From the human T2T-CHM13v2.0 reference genome, Homo sapiens, in assembly GCF_009914755.1 (NCBI RefSeq), contig NC_060939.1: a stretch of 64,000 nucleotides of DNA; one strand, written 5' to 3'. The notes under the pieces are model-generated. The model saw nothing but the letters and a program-made list of their open reading frames with translations, was not told the origin of the DNA and did not search any database. The position numbers and the translations under genes were made by a program. Below, in pieces: positions 41,790 to 64,000 of the stretch. Every line of letters starts with the position of its first letter. Within the stretch, counting starts at the first letter, position 1.

Positions 41790-42357
41790 TCACAGAAACA
41801 CACAGCAGAGCCAATTCAGACCGAGGGAGACACAACAAGAAGTGGTGATTAGCGGTCAGATACTGCCAGCAGAATGAATTCCAAAGCCCCCCTGCCCAAC
41901 ATCATCATGATGGTCAAACTATACAGTAAGATGCACACTTCTTCTGGCCTGAAAGTTACTTCATGGTGATCTGTGCCTCCTGAGAGCCCCCTAAGGGGTA
42001 AGGCTGGAGCGTGGGGTTTGGCTCCACATGTTCCACCTGCCGTGCAGGCAGGAGCTCCCTTAGGAGGCAGCTTTGTGCCTCTGACACAAAGGGGGCACTC
42101 TGGCAGGCTCCCTGGAGGACAGCACAAGCCCAGACTCTAGGACTCAAAGGGAAAGAAAAGCAGAAGGAACAGGGGAGTGGAGAAGAAGCGGGAAGATTAT
42201 GGAATACCCAAGAATGAGGATAGACAATACCAGGAAGAGACCTATTGAGCAGGATGGGAGGCAGGGAAAGGGGGAGTGGGATCAAGAGAGAGGCATTTGT
42301 GCAAGTAACTAACTGCAGATCCCACTTCGCACACCCCAAGTCTGGGTTTCAGCCTCA

Positions 42358-43375
<1,018 letters not shown>

Positions 43376-43382
43376 AAGCATA

Positions 43383-44260
43383 CCAGCCTGGGTAACACAG
43401 AGAGACTCCGTCTCTACAGATAATTTAAAAAGTTAGCTGTACATGGTGGCACAGGCCTGTGGTCCCAGCTACTCAGGAGGCTGAAGCAAGGAGGATCGCC
43501 TGAGCCTAGAAGTTCCAGGCTACAGTGAGCCACGATCACGACACTGCACTCCAGCCTGGCTGGCAGAACGAGACTCTGTGAGAAAAGAATATAGTGGCTG
43601 GGTGCAGTGGCTCACACCTGTAATCCCAGCACTTTGGGAGGCCGAGGCAGGTGGATCATGATGTCAGGAGTTCAAGACCAGCCTGACCAACATGGTGAAA
43701 CCCCGTCTCTACTAAAAATACAAAAATTAGCCAGGCGTGGTGGCACGCACCTGTAATCTCAGCTACTCAGGAGGCTGAGGCAGGAGAATCTCTTGAACAC
43801 AGGAGGTGGAGATTGCAGTGAGCCGAGATCGCCCCATTGCACTCCAGCCTGGGTGACAGAATGAGATTCCATCTCAAAAAAAAAAAAAAAAAAAAAAAAA
43901 AAGCACAGTGCCTGACACAGAATGGGAGCTCAGTAATGTCATTCCCTACCCTGGAACCTAACAGATCATATTGATCATTATTACCCAATCAAAAATATGC
44001 CACTGGAGGCCAGGCATGGCAGCTCACTCCTGTAATCCCAACACTTTGTGAGGTTGAGGGCCAAGACAGCAGGATTGCTTAAGCCCAGGAGTTTGAAACC
44101 AGCCTGGGTAACACAGGGAGACCTCATCATTATAAAAAAAAATTTTTTTAATTAGCCAGCTGTGGTGGGAGGATCCCTTGAGCCCAGAAGGTCGAGGCTG
44201 AAGTGAGCTGTGATTGCACCACTGCACTCTAGCCTGGGTAACAGAGTGAGATCCTGTCTA
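43383..44260 (+). mobile_element. three Alus (43383-43580, 43596-43902, 44008-44260)
   Basis: Alu consensus motifs. Confidence 0.85.
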
Positions 44261-44285
44261 AAATACATACATATACATATATAGA

Positions 44286-44387
44286 TCTCTCTCTCTCTCT
44301 CTCTCTGTACACACACACACACACACACACAGGCTAGAAAAATACCATATCCAAGAAACATTTAAAATGTATTATAAGTGTGAGAAA

Positions 44388-44424
<37 letters not shown>
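44286..44424. repeat. (TC)n(AC)n and (TG)18 microsatellites
   Basis: Visible directly. Confidence 0.9.
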
Positions 44425-44427
<3 letters not shown>

Positions 44428-45748
44428 ACTATATATTTTGAATGAACAAAACAAAAATAAGTCCCAGCTGTTTGGGGGAGCCACCTGGATGAAGGAAAGT
44501 CAGACATTCCCCCTTCCCCAACAATGAACTAAGTGAGCAGATCCTGCTGGGAATTGTTAAGTGCCCCAGGTAGGGACTAGACTCAAGCTGGATTCAGACC
44601 CAGCATGAGAGGAGGCTCACATGGCTCATTCCAGGCCCTGGCAGCCCACAGCCTGGTCTGTACTGGTGACTGGAGAAGCTCAACACTCCCTGCAGCTAAT
44701 TTCCCCAAGGCCATGCAGGAGGCCAGAGCCAGGACTCAGGTCTCCTGACTCAATCCAGGGTTCTTTTTTCTCCCAAGGCCCCAGAGGAACCTACAGACCC
44801 CAACACTGCCCTTGCCACAAAGGGAAGAGTAGGGAAACAGTAGAGGAAGGGAATGCCATCCCAGGGTCAAGGCAAAAACACACAAAAGCCAATGTTTATT
44901 ATTGGAACCAATGTTCTGCAGGGCCCAGCCACCATTATTCATAGACAAATGGTTGGTTCTCCCTGTTGTGTCTTCCAGAAGGTTGACCTGCTGCCTCCTT
45001 GTCTTATAAAAGCTCAATGGCCCAAGGTCCCTTCTTAGGCTCTGGTCTGACTCCTTACTTTAAGGCAGAATGGCATGTCTGAGAGGAACCAGGGCCAGAG
45101 GTCAGGACAATGGCCCATACTCATCACAAGGCAGGTCTGGGCTGACAGAGCCACGTGGGGACGTGCACAAAACAATGGCGAGGGAATCAGGAGACCCTCG
45201 GTTCTAGATCCAGCTCCATCACAGTCTAGCCATGTGGTTTTGGCCCAGTCATTTCCCCTTCTGGGCCCCAGCTCACTGGAATGTAGCAGGTGACCTCTGA
45301 GATGCTATGATTCTATGATTATTCACGACATGGACACACCTATTCCTGAACAAACATAAAACACCATTGAGACCACACACAAATTGGTAAACATAGCTCT
45401 GCACTCCTAAACACATGCGCCTCAGTCTCTGCCACACTCATCAACACTTGGACACACAGGTCAACATTTAGAAGCCCTGTGAGTCTCCAGACTCCCTTCC
45501 CACCAGCTCCAAAGAGGAACAAGAGTGAGGGGAGAAGAGCAGTGATGGCTGCGTGAAATAAGGAGGCCAGGGCCTGGGATTGCAGTGTGAAGGGCGGACG
45601 GAGAGACAGGACCTGACCTGGGCTGCTGCCTTTCTTAATTCATCAGATGGTTTCTGCTGGACACCTCTGGCTTCACAACTAGTCTCAGCAGTACTCGCGG
45701 GCTCAGCAGGGAGAAGCAGCCCCTGCCCTCACCAAGTTTGCATTCTAG

Positions 45749-46352
<604 letters not shown>

Positions 46353-47499
46353 GCGGGGAGCTTATTCTTTAAAGGCACTTTGTAACTATAAAGGGCTGTA
46401 CAAGTGCTATTTGCTGTTCTTATCATCCAGTCCCTTCTATCTCTAAGGCCCTAGATGCCATGATTCAAGTACAGGGTAGGAGGAAGGCAAGCCCGGCTCT
46501 CAGTCCAGTGGCTTCCAAATGCCCATTCCAGCCACTAAGCAGTAGGTTTGGGTTTCAGGGGAGAAAACCCCCAAAGGACACAAATCCCTGAGCCCTCCGG
46601 CAGCCTCCCTGCCCCCTAAAGCATGTCCCAGGCTTGGAAAATCCCCTGCTGCGTTGAACAAACAATGTGAACAGTTGGGGCCCGAGCAGCTGCTGGGTAT
46701 GTCAGCAGCCTGGGCTCTGGCAGGCAGGACGGCCGCCAGAGGGGCTGGCGGCTGGCTGGGGAGCCCAGAGGAGGCTCCGATTCCCTTCCTGAATATTCAT
46801 GGATCAGCAGATGTCTGGCTTCCCCACCTCTGAGGAGCTCAGCAAGGCAGGAACAGGGAAAGCAACAGGAACGTAGACACAGAGAGAAGACGGGGTCCCC
46901 CTCAGAGAGCAGCAGTGCTGTGCCAGGAGCCCAAGACAGCCCATTTTAGTGGAAACGTCTGTGAAGCCTGAGAATCCTCATTCCACAGATGGGGAAACTG
47001 AGGCCTGGGGAGGGGTCTCATCTCTGTGGAAGACAGTCTGGGAAAACTGCCCTTCTTTGACTTTTTGGGGATGAACCAGCATTGAGGAGACAACTGCTCC
47101 TGAATAAGAGGGTTCTCTCTGCCTCTGTGCTCAACCTGATTTCTGTGCCCAGGAAGCGCATCCTTAGGGACTCACGTGCCAGCCCTTCTGTGAGGCTGCT
47201 CCTACCTTCCCCAGGTAAAGTTTTTCCTAAGTCTCACACTGAAAACCACTTGCAGGTCCCTTACTCTTGCCTAGACAGACAAGGGGGTGTGGTGGGACAA
47301 GCCTGGCCTCAGAGTCCTGGGTTCTAAGTCCAGTCATTCATTGCATGACCTTGTGTGAGCTACTTTTGTCCTTTCAGCCTCAGTTTCCCCAATTTTAAAA
47401 TGAGAAGTCTCCAAACTTCTCAAACGTTTTCACCCAAATTCTCTCAACAGCAGAGGAACACATATTTACGAGGCTCGCTGACTGCCTAAAATGTTTTGA

Positions 47500-47800
<301 letters not shown>

Positions 47801-48924
47801 AAACCTCTAGCACATTTTGCATTCTGCTCCATAACACAGCAATATTTGTTTTAATATAAGTGTGGCTCCCATACCACCAAATCTTTTCATAAAAGCGATG
47901 CTCTGGGGAGGGGACCTTATTTGTCCAGGAGCTTCATGGCCAGCGCTTACTTGCCACCCCCAGCCCACTGTCATGGCTGACCCCCAACATTTTTAGCCCT
48001 CCCTCTCAGTGCCGGGGTGGACACATTGCAGGTGCCCAGTGGACACTTGCTGCCCGCTGGCTTTCTGTCTTGAGGGGGCCACCCCTCCCATAATCCCTTC
48101 TCCTCAATCTCCTCAGTGAGACCCTGTCAGAGACACAGAGCTGCTGCATTTGGGAACCCTAGGGCCACCTCTCAATCTCCTTTTTCTGACAGATTATTTT
48201 ACCCACTTACAGGATAAACTGGATTTTATGAGGCCAATTAGAACCCAGACAGAAAGGAGATTCGCTGCTGAGCTCCAGGGCCAGCTCAATGCTGTTTCGT
48301 GGGATTAGTGGAGGCCTGGCGTGAGTTCCATTTTTCAGTGAATTCTTAGGGAAGGGGCGTGTAGCTGGGGGAGGGGAACAACGAGGCCAAGATGGCTCCT
48401 TTATTAAGCCAGGAACTTGCCACAAACATCACATCAGTGCCTCCTCACTTCTGAATTTCAGGGCCCAACAGATTTACTACTTGTTTGCAGCCCAGGAGAA
48501 ATTCTCCACGACACCATCACCATTCTCCTTTCCCAGAGAACACAAGTCGGTTCCTTCCAGAAACCTTCCTTCCTGCCCCCAACCTTGGCCACCTCCCTTA
48601 CCACATGCTGAGCCCCTCCCCCCAACAGCTGGAAGGAGAGTTGGGACAGTTGCCTGGGACACAAGGAAGGCCTCAGCTCTCCCTTCATCTGCAATCCTGA
48701 GGGGAGAGTCTCAGCCTCAGCCTATCCAACAGCAAAGCCAGGCTCAGCTTGACCTGCCTATCTCCCGCTCCCCTGAGACCCTCTACCCCTCCACACACAG
48801 CAAACCATGGCCAATTCTCTGAAAACACATCTTGTTCCACGCATTGCTGGTGCTGCTCTCACTCCCTAGAACAGCTGTGATGTCCCTGGTTGATTTAGAC
48901 ACCTCTCCTTTTTCTGCCCCGTAG

Positions 48925-51668
<2,744 letters not shown>

Positions 51669-53882
51669 TGATTCTATTTCCTGAAAATCTCTGGAATGCA
51701 GCCACTCCAGCCCAACCCCAACTGCCACTATGCTAGCTGCCACCATCCTCTCTTCTGGATTGCTACAACAGCCTCGAAGGAGCTGGAGCTTCCTGCCTCC
51801 AGCCCCACCCAATCCATCCTCCACACTGGCTGGAATGAGATGATGCAAAGCTGATTTTAAATCCTGTCAAGGGCTCATGGGGACTCTCAGGCCAGAAACC
51901 TTGGTGGGCCCTGTAAAGCCCTTTGTGAGCTGGATCTAGCTCCCCTCTTCAGCCTCCTGTCTTGATACTCCCTGACCCCTTTCCATGCTTCCCTCACCTG
52001 CCCCCCATCCACCCCTTGTCCCTAAACTCCAGCTAGATTTAGTTTAATCCAATGATCTCAACTAAATCACCTCTGAACTTTGCACATGCTGTTCTCTGGA
52101 AAACTGTCCCCATCATCATTCTCCTTCTACAGGGCTAACTCCATGTCGAGCTCTACTACTCATCACTTTCTTCAGGAAGCTTTTGCTGACCTTCCCAGAT
52201 CGGTGTAGGAGCCCCTCCTTCCTGCGTCTTCCCCAGCACTTCAGGGGACTTGTCAGTTTCCCCCTCCACCAGACTGAAAGCTTTGCACCAGGGATCAGGT
52301 CTGCCTCCTTATTTACTATATTCTAGGCACTAGGCACAAGCTAGCCTATAAAAGGTGCTCCATAAATATTTGTTGAACGAATGAATGACCTCAGTACAGA
52401 TCAGGGTGGCTAGTCATGACTCGACTGGAGTGTCCCCCGGCCTGCTGAGATTTGGAGGACCAGGGCAAGCTGTTGTAGCCACTCACACTGCAACCAAGAG
52501 ACGCCGCAACTCGGTCCCTCGCCTGCTTTGTGCGTTCGGGAGCAGGGAGAGGCCAGGGAAGCTGGGTCCCTCGCGGCAGGTCCTAAAGGTATTGAATAAT
52601 GCGCCGGTGCGGTTCCCAGCCCTGATGCCGTTTAGCTGGGTGACCCTGAGCTCGTTCCAGGAGCCCTAGGAATAGCGGAAGGTGGGGCAGGGGAACTATT
52701 CCTTAATCCCCTGAGCTCTGGGAAGACAGACCTCTCTCTGACACTTCCCCGCCCCTTTCACCTGACAAGCCAGGGCCTCCAGCTCCTCTGGCCCAGCAGC
52801 CGAGACCCAGCCTCGCGGCGGCCTCCAGCTTAATCCGCTGTTGGGGCTGGAAAGGGGCGTGTCTTTGTAGGGACAGAAGGGGTCCGAGGAGTTCCCGGCA
52901 CTTTCCCACCCGCTGTTTGGTTTTCCTGGAGATGGGCCTGGGGCTGGCCAGGCGGAGGCTCCTTCCCCCCGCCTCCCTCCCACGTGGCCTGGCTGAGTCT
53001 CTCTGGAAAGCCGCAGCAGCTGGAGAGAAATCCCCCTCCCCACCCCCACCTCCAAGTCCCTCCCCGACTCTCCCCGGACACATCCTCAGCTCCCCCCTCC
53101 GCGGGGAAGGCAAGAACTAGGCGAACAAAGCGGCCAGCCCATCCCCCTCCCAGCCCTGCCACCTACACTCCCCATGAGCCGCCCCCAAACGCACACCGGA
53201 CAGGAAGCGACAGAGCTGTGGGTGGAAGCCGCAGCCCTAGACACACACCCTTGGGGACTTCGCTATCCCCTCCCCAGCCCTTTCTCCAGCTTGGACAACT
53301 CTGACTTACCCCGTACCCACTCCGCACTGGGCTGCGGACTGGATGAGGCCCTGCTGACCTCGTCCACGCTTCCCTGGTCGGTCCCTGGGGGGTGGGGCCG
53401 GGGTGACACGCGTCCCATCGTGAGAACAAGCGCTGGACATGTCCACGAAAGCAAATGGTTTCCTGCCCCCTCCCCCAGTCCACTGCTGGCCACAGGTTTT
53501 GGGGAGCAACACCTCCCTCTACCCCTCTCTAACCGGCCCCAGGGACCACACCCACTGGGCAAAGTTGAGTGTTGTTTTATCACCACCACCCCCAGTCAAA
53601 CGGGATCCATCGCTCTGTCCCCCACTATGGGCAAGGACACTTCCCAAATGCCAAGGCCAAATATTAGCTCAGCCCCATAAACACAATTGCACACGCACCC
53701 GACCCAAATGGAGGTGCAGACACAACCCCAGTTCCCTCCTCTTTTACACACACTCTCAACCCAAGACACGCGCAGGCAAGGCAGAGCCCGCCCCGCGAAA
53801 GCCACCGACACCGCAGCTACCCGCCCCGCCGATGCCACGCCGCGACCATGGCACGCACTGCGGACACGACAGGAGCACTCCC

Positions 53883-53925
<43 letters not shown>
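53883..53925. repeat. (CA)~21 microsatellite in IGDCC4 intron 1, near the promoter
   Basis: Visible directly. Confidence 0.95.
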
Positions 53926-53927
<2 letters not shown>

Positions 53928-54160
53928 CTCCAGACTCTGCGAACCAAAGGCACACACCCACTGCGGACAAGCACGCCCCACAAACGCCCCCCGGCCGCAG
54001 CTCGCAGACCCCCGCGCAGGCATCGCGGGCACCTGGACGCGCAGCCCCCGCACTTGCTCGGGACTCCGGCTTGAGCCAGCCCCGCAGCCCGATGCAGACC
54101 AGGGCGCGGGCGCACCAGCACTCCGCAGTCGCTCCTGCCTCTCCGGGCGCCCGCCCTTAC

Positions 54161-54230
54161 CGCGCGCGGCCAACAGGCAGAAGGTCAACGCGAGGAGCCC
54201 GCGGCCGCGGCCGGCGTCCCCCCGCGCCAT
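54161..54230 (-). CDS. IGDCC4: IGDCC4 exon 1 CDS, signal peptide MARGDAGRGRGLLALTFCLLAAR
   Basis: ATG in cccATGg context inside a CpG island; donor G|gtaagg; 70 nt, phase 1. Confidence 0.95.
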
Positions 54231-54244
54231 GGGGCTGGGCTCGG

Positions 54245-54265
54245 GCCGCCGCCGCCGCCGCCGCC
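54245..54265 (-). repeat. (GGC)7 in IGDCC4 5'UTR
   Basis: Seven uninterrupted gcc units on the + strand, 15 nt upstream of the ATG. Confidence 0.9.
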
Positions 54266-55449
54266 TCCCCGTGCTTCGGCCGCCGCCGCGGGGGGAGAGC
54301 GCGCCGGGCGTCAGTGGCCCGGGGAGGCGCGGCGCCGCGGGCGGGGGCGCGGCCTCGGGGGCCCGGGCCCGAGCTGGGGCCGGCGCGGGGGCCAGGGCCG
54401 CTGCCGCCTCACCCGCCCCTCCATCGCCATCTTGGGCGAGCGGCCCGGGAGGGGGCGCCCGGCGAGTGTGGCCACCCTGGCCCCGCCGGGGACCCTGCGC
54501 CCGCGCGCCACGGCCCTGCGCCTCGCGGGGGCTCCTCTCGGCCCGGGTCTGTGTCCCGGTGCCTCGCCCTCTCCGGGTCGCCGCGGGCCCCCGTGAGGCC
54601 GCCTGTTGCTGGGTCTGTCTCTTAGTCTCCCCGTCTCTGAGTCTTCTGGTCTCTCTGCCTCAGCGTCTCTATTTCTTCTCCCTGTTGCTGCCTCGGGGTC
54701 TCCACCTCCGTTCCAGGCTCAGGGGAGGCAGATTCAGGGCCACGGTCTTTGTCCAGATGGCCCCCTTGCCACCCGAGCCCAGTCCATTCCAGCCCAGGTC
54801 CTGGCCTGAATGCTGGTTCGCTTCTCCACACGTTGCGCCAGCCCACCTGCGGAGATCTTGATAGTCCTATCTGCCATCCCAAACCAAGGGCTTCTCTTGG
54901 CCTCCTTCCCTTGCTCTGGCAGTAACTAACACAGGCAGGACACTTTTACACTACCTTCAAGCACTACCATATTCAGATGTCGCCGCATGGGGAAACTGAG
55001 GCTGGAGAAGGTGAAGTGACTTGCCCAAGGACAGGAGGCTAGGGAGCAGCAGATACAGGACCTGAACCTTGGTTTTCTGACTTCGGAAGGTCATCTCCAC
55101 TCCCTCACCCTGCCTCTGCTGTCCAGCATTTACTGAAGTACCCTTTTTCTCATTCTTCAACGGTACTTTCTCTAACCTACCTAGCCAGACTGTTTGCCTC
55201 AGTATCCCGCAAATATTTCTTGTTCTACAGCCAAGGGTTCAATTGTCAGGCTAGGGTGGGGAAAAGAGTACAGATTCAATGACCTAGTTAAGGTCCTTTC
55301 CAACTCCAAGATGCCATAGTTCTTCCCTTCCCTGTGTCTCTAAGTGTTCCTGTGACTTAGAGCCATCTTGTCTCTACACCTGTCTGTTGTCAGTTAACCC
55401 TCAATAATCACTGGCGCTTTGCATATCTAACAGGCCTGGCGTTTATTCA

Positions 55450-57250
<1,801 letters not shown>

Positions 57251-57402
57251 GGATAAAAAATACAAGTCCCTGCCCACAAGGATAGTAGTGTCCTAAGTGG
57301 CATGGGGTGGCAGGGAGGATGGAACAAAAGGAGGAGGGATTTACCGTGTGTGGGGTGGGGGGACATGGAGGTTGAGAAGGAAGGCTTCACAGAACTATTG
57401 AT

Positions 57403-57772
57403 TGGACAAGTGTGATACGGTCTGTGATGGGGTACAGGGAGGAGGAGCACTCGGGCCAGACCTGTGGATGTTTGACATGGGTCTGGACAATTTAAAAGGC
57501 TAGAACTGACAGGGTGGTCAAGAAACTCCCTCTGCAGAGGCCCTGGGCTGTGAGAGCACAGGGAAGTGTGCTCTTCCTGCCTGGAAATGGCATATCCAAT
57601 CATTGATTCAAGGGGTACCTGTTATGGGTCAGGCCCTGCTCTGGGCACTGGGAGCAGACTGGCGAACAAGAGGAATCTTGCCTGAATGGTGCTTAGGCTA
57701 CTGAGGGAGATGGACAAGTGTGATACAGTCTGTGATGGGGTACAGGGAAGAGGGGCACTCGGGCCAGACCTG
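57403..57772 (+). repeat. 62-bp direct repeat (57403-57464 and 57711-57772), 3 mismatches
   Basis: tggacaagtgtgatac(g/a)gtctgtgatggggtacaggga(g/a)gagg(a/g)gcactcgggccagacctg. Confidence 0.9.
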
Positions 57773-58304
57773 GGGGAAGCAGAGAAGTCTTACAGGAAAG
57801 ACAATGTAAGCAGAGTGCAGGAGGTGTGGACTGGGCAGGGGAGCAGGGGCAGGACATGAAGCCAAACAGGGAGGCCAGGGCCAGATGGACTGGCCTCATA
57901 TGTTATCTAGAAAGCAATTGATTTGTCAATTGAATGAATGAACAAGGTGTTGCCATATAGAGAGACTAATTCTACCAGCCACATACAAAAATCTAATTAA
58001 TTTATCTATATTCATATCTCACTACATGGGCTCTGGGTAGGGAGTAAATGTGAGAGGAGGAGGGATAGAGTTACAGGTTCAGGCCAGCCAAGCCCAGCAG
58101 GAGTAAGAACCATAGTTCTTGTCCTGCCTTGGTTACAGACTTGCTGCATGACCTTGGGCAACTTCCATCCTCTCTCTGGGCCTCAGTTTCATCACTGAGA
58201 CAAAAGGGTTGGGGTATGATGCACATTTCTAACCAGTTCCAAAGAGTTCACAACATTAAAAGTGGATATAGCACCTGTTTTAATGTGTTTTTAAAAATCA
58301 ATCA

Positions 58305-60471
<2,167 letters not shown>

Positions 60472-60583
60472 CCTAATTACTTTAAAATAGGCATGCATCA
60501 TTTATTAAATGAGGAACAGGGTTTTTAAAATAATCAATTTAATTTAAATATATTAAAATTACCTTGAATTAACATGTTGTTTT

Positions 60584-60905
<322 letters not shown>

Positions 60906-61134
60906 TAACATGTTGTTTTAAAGTTATTTTTTTTCTTAACTTCCCTGAGACAGTTCTAGGACAGAAGTGACATCTTGGGAACAGGTCAATGTAGTGGTTA
61001 AGAGAATGGGACAGGGCTAGAATTCTTGTAGGTTTGACTAGGTGGATGGGATACTACTAAATGAAGGGAACATGGGGGAGGAGCAGAACCGAGGAGAGAG
61101 AAGTGAATTGGCCTTTTAAACAAGTTGAGTGTGA

Positions 61135-62528
<1,394 letters not shown>

Positions 62529-62759
62529 CAAAAATGATGAAAGTTCTAAATCTCTAAGCAGGGGACAAGATAGCACATTATTGTGAATGGAGTTTGAGCA
62601 TCAAAAAAACATTGGGAAGCACTTACCTGAGTAATCTCTAAAATGTCTGTTGGCTCTCTGACTCTAGATCAAGAATTTATGGATGACCTGCTCTGTAGAC
62701 CAGCAGTGGGGGTCCATGGTACTCACATCATTCTAGACTAGATAACCGAAGCCACCACC

Positions 62760-63520
<761 letters not shown>

Positions 63521-63889
63521 ACCAGTAGAGCTGCTGGAATCTTTACTGGGTTGAGTTCACTATTAGAACCACTCATTGCCTCCCCCATTTATCCCCTTTT
63601 AAGGAAGATACAAAAGACAGGTATGTTTCTAATATCTTCACCCTTCATATTCAAAATTATCACCCTCATTGCTCCCCTGCTTAAACCCTCTGAGTCAGCA
63701 GGATGGGTCTCATTTCACCCTGAGTTGCCTTTCCACACCTTTCTCATCAAGTCTCTAATCAATTTGTGGAATTACGGGATATTTTTATTTTCTTCTTTGT
63801 GCTTTTCTATGTTCTTTGCAAACTATCCACATTGAACACTTATTTTTGTAAGGAGAAAGAGTAAATGTAACATAGAGAGGAAAAAAATA

Positions 63890-64000
63890 CCTATAATCTT
63901 CAGTTTGGGATGATGAAAATATTCTGGAGGTAAATAATAGTGATGGCCACACAATGATGTGAATGTACTTAATGTCACGGAACTGTACACTTAAAAATGG
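63890..64000 (+). mobile_element. L1M 3' end fragment
   Basis: ggatgatgaaaatattctgga...gtgaatgtacttaatgtcac...gaactgtacacttaaaaatgg. Confidence 0.75.

Larger units (their letters stand above)
53760..54620. promoter_or_regulatory. CpG island / IGDCC4 promoter and exon 1
   Basis: Very GC- and CpG-rich, GC boxes, no TATA, overlaps the start codon. Confidence 0.9.

Noticed and set aside
46731-46748. CTCF-like ggccgccagaggggct
   Set aside because: Mismatch at the near-invariant GGC end of the core.
54216-54224. RGD at residues 3-5 of IGDCC4
   Set aside because: It lies in the cleaved signal peptide.
53687-54861. 312-aa and 337-aa + strand ORFs over the IGDCC4 promoter
   Set aside because: GC-rich shadow ORFs that include the CA repeat (THTHTH).

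Overview
Primate (human-like; it carries a near-pristine AluYb8) genomic DNA containing two tandem, head-to-tail DCC/neogenin-family Ig-FN3 receptor genes on the minus strand. IGDCC4 (NOPE) is complete: I traced 20 coding exons by GT/AG boundaries, and they join into an uninterrupted 3753-nt ORF (1250 aa: signal peptide, 4 Ig, 5 FN3, one TM helix, cytoplasmic tail). It has a CpG-island promoter near 54.2-54.6 kb and a ~2.5-kb 3'UTR ending near 12.85 kb. Only the 5' end of IGDCC3 (PUNC) is present: CpG-island promoter, exon 1 and exon 2, with intron 2 running off the left edge. The rest is intron or intergenic DNA rich in Alu (about 45 copies or fragments), MIR, L1, L2, MLT1 and hAT remnants; almost all other ORFs in the track are Alu-derived or GC-rich shadow ORFs. 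I found no new gene or foreign system. The best leads are regulatory: (1) two complementary, QKI-motif-bearing intronic elements bracketing IGDCC4 exons 9-13 (back-splicing geometry); (2) a let-7 site with unusually extensive 3' pairing; (3) a CAAGATGGCG (YY1/uATG) element at the same position in both paralog promoters; (4) a candidate in-frame, signal-less alternative first exon; (5) a perfect CTCF motif inside coding exon 5. Repeat boundaries are approximate and subfamily calls were made by eye.
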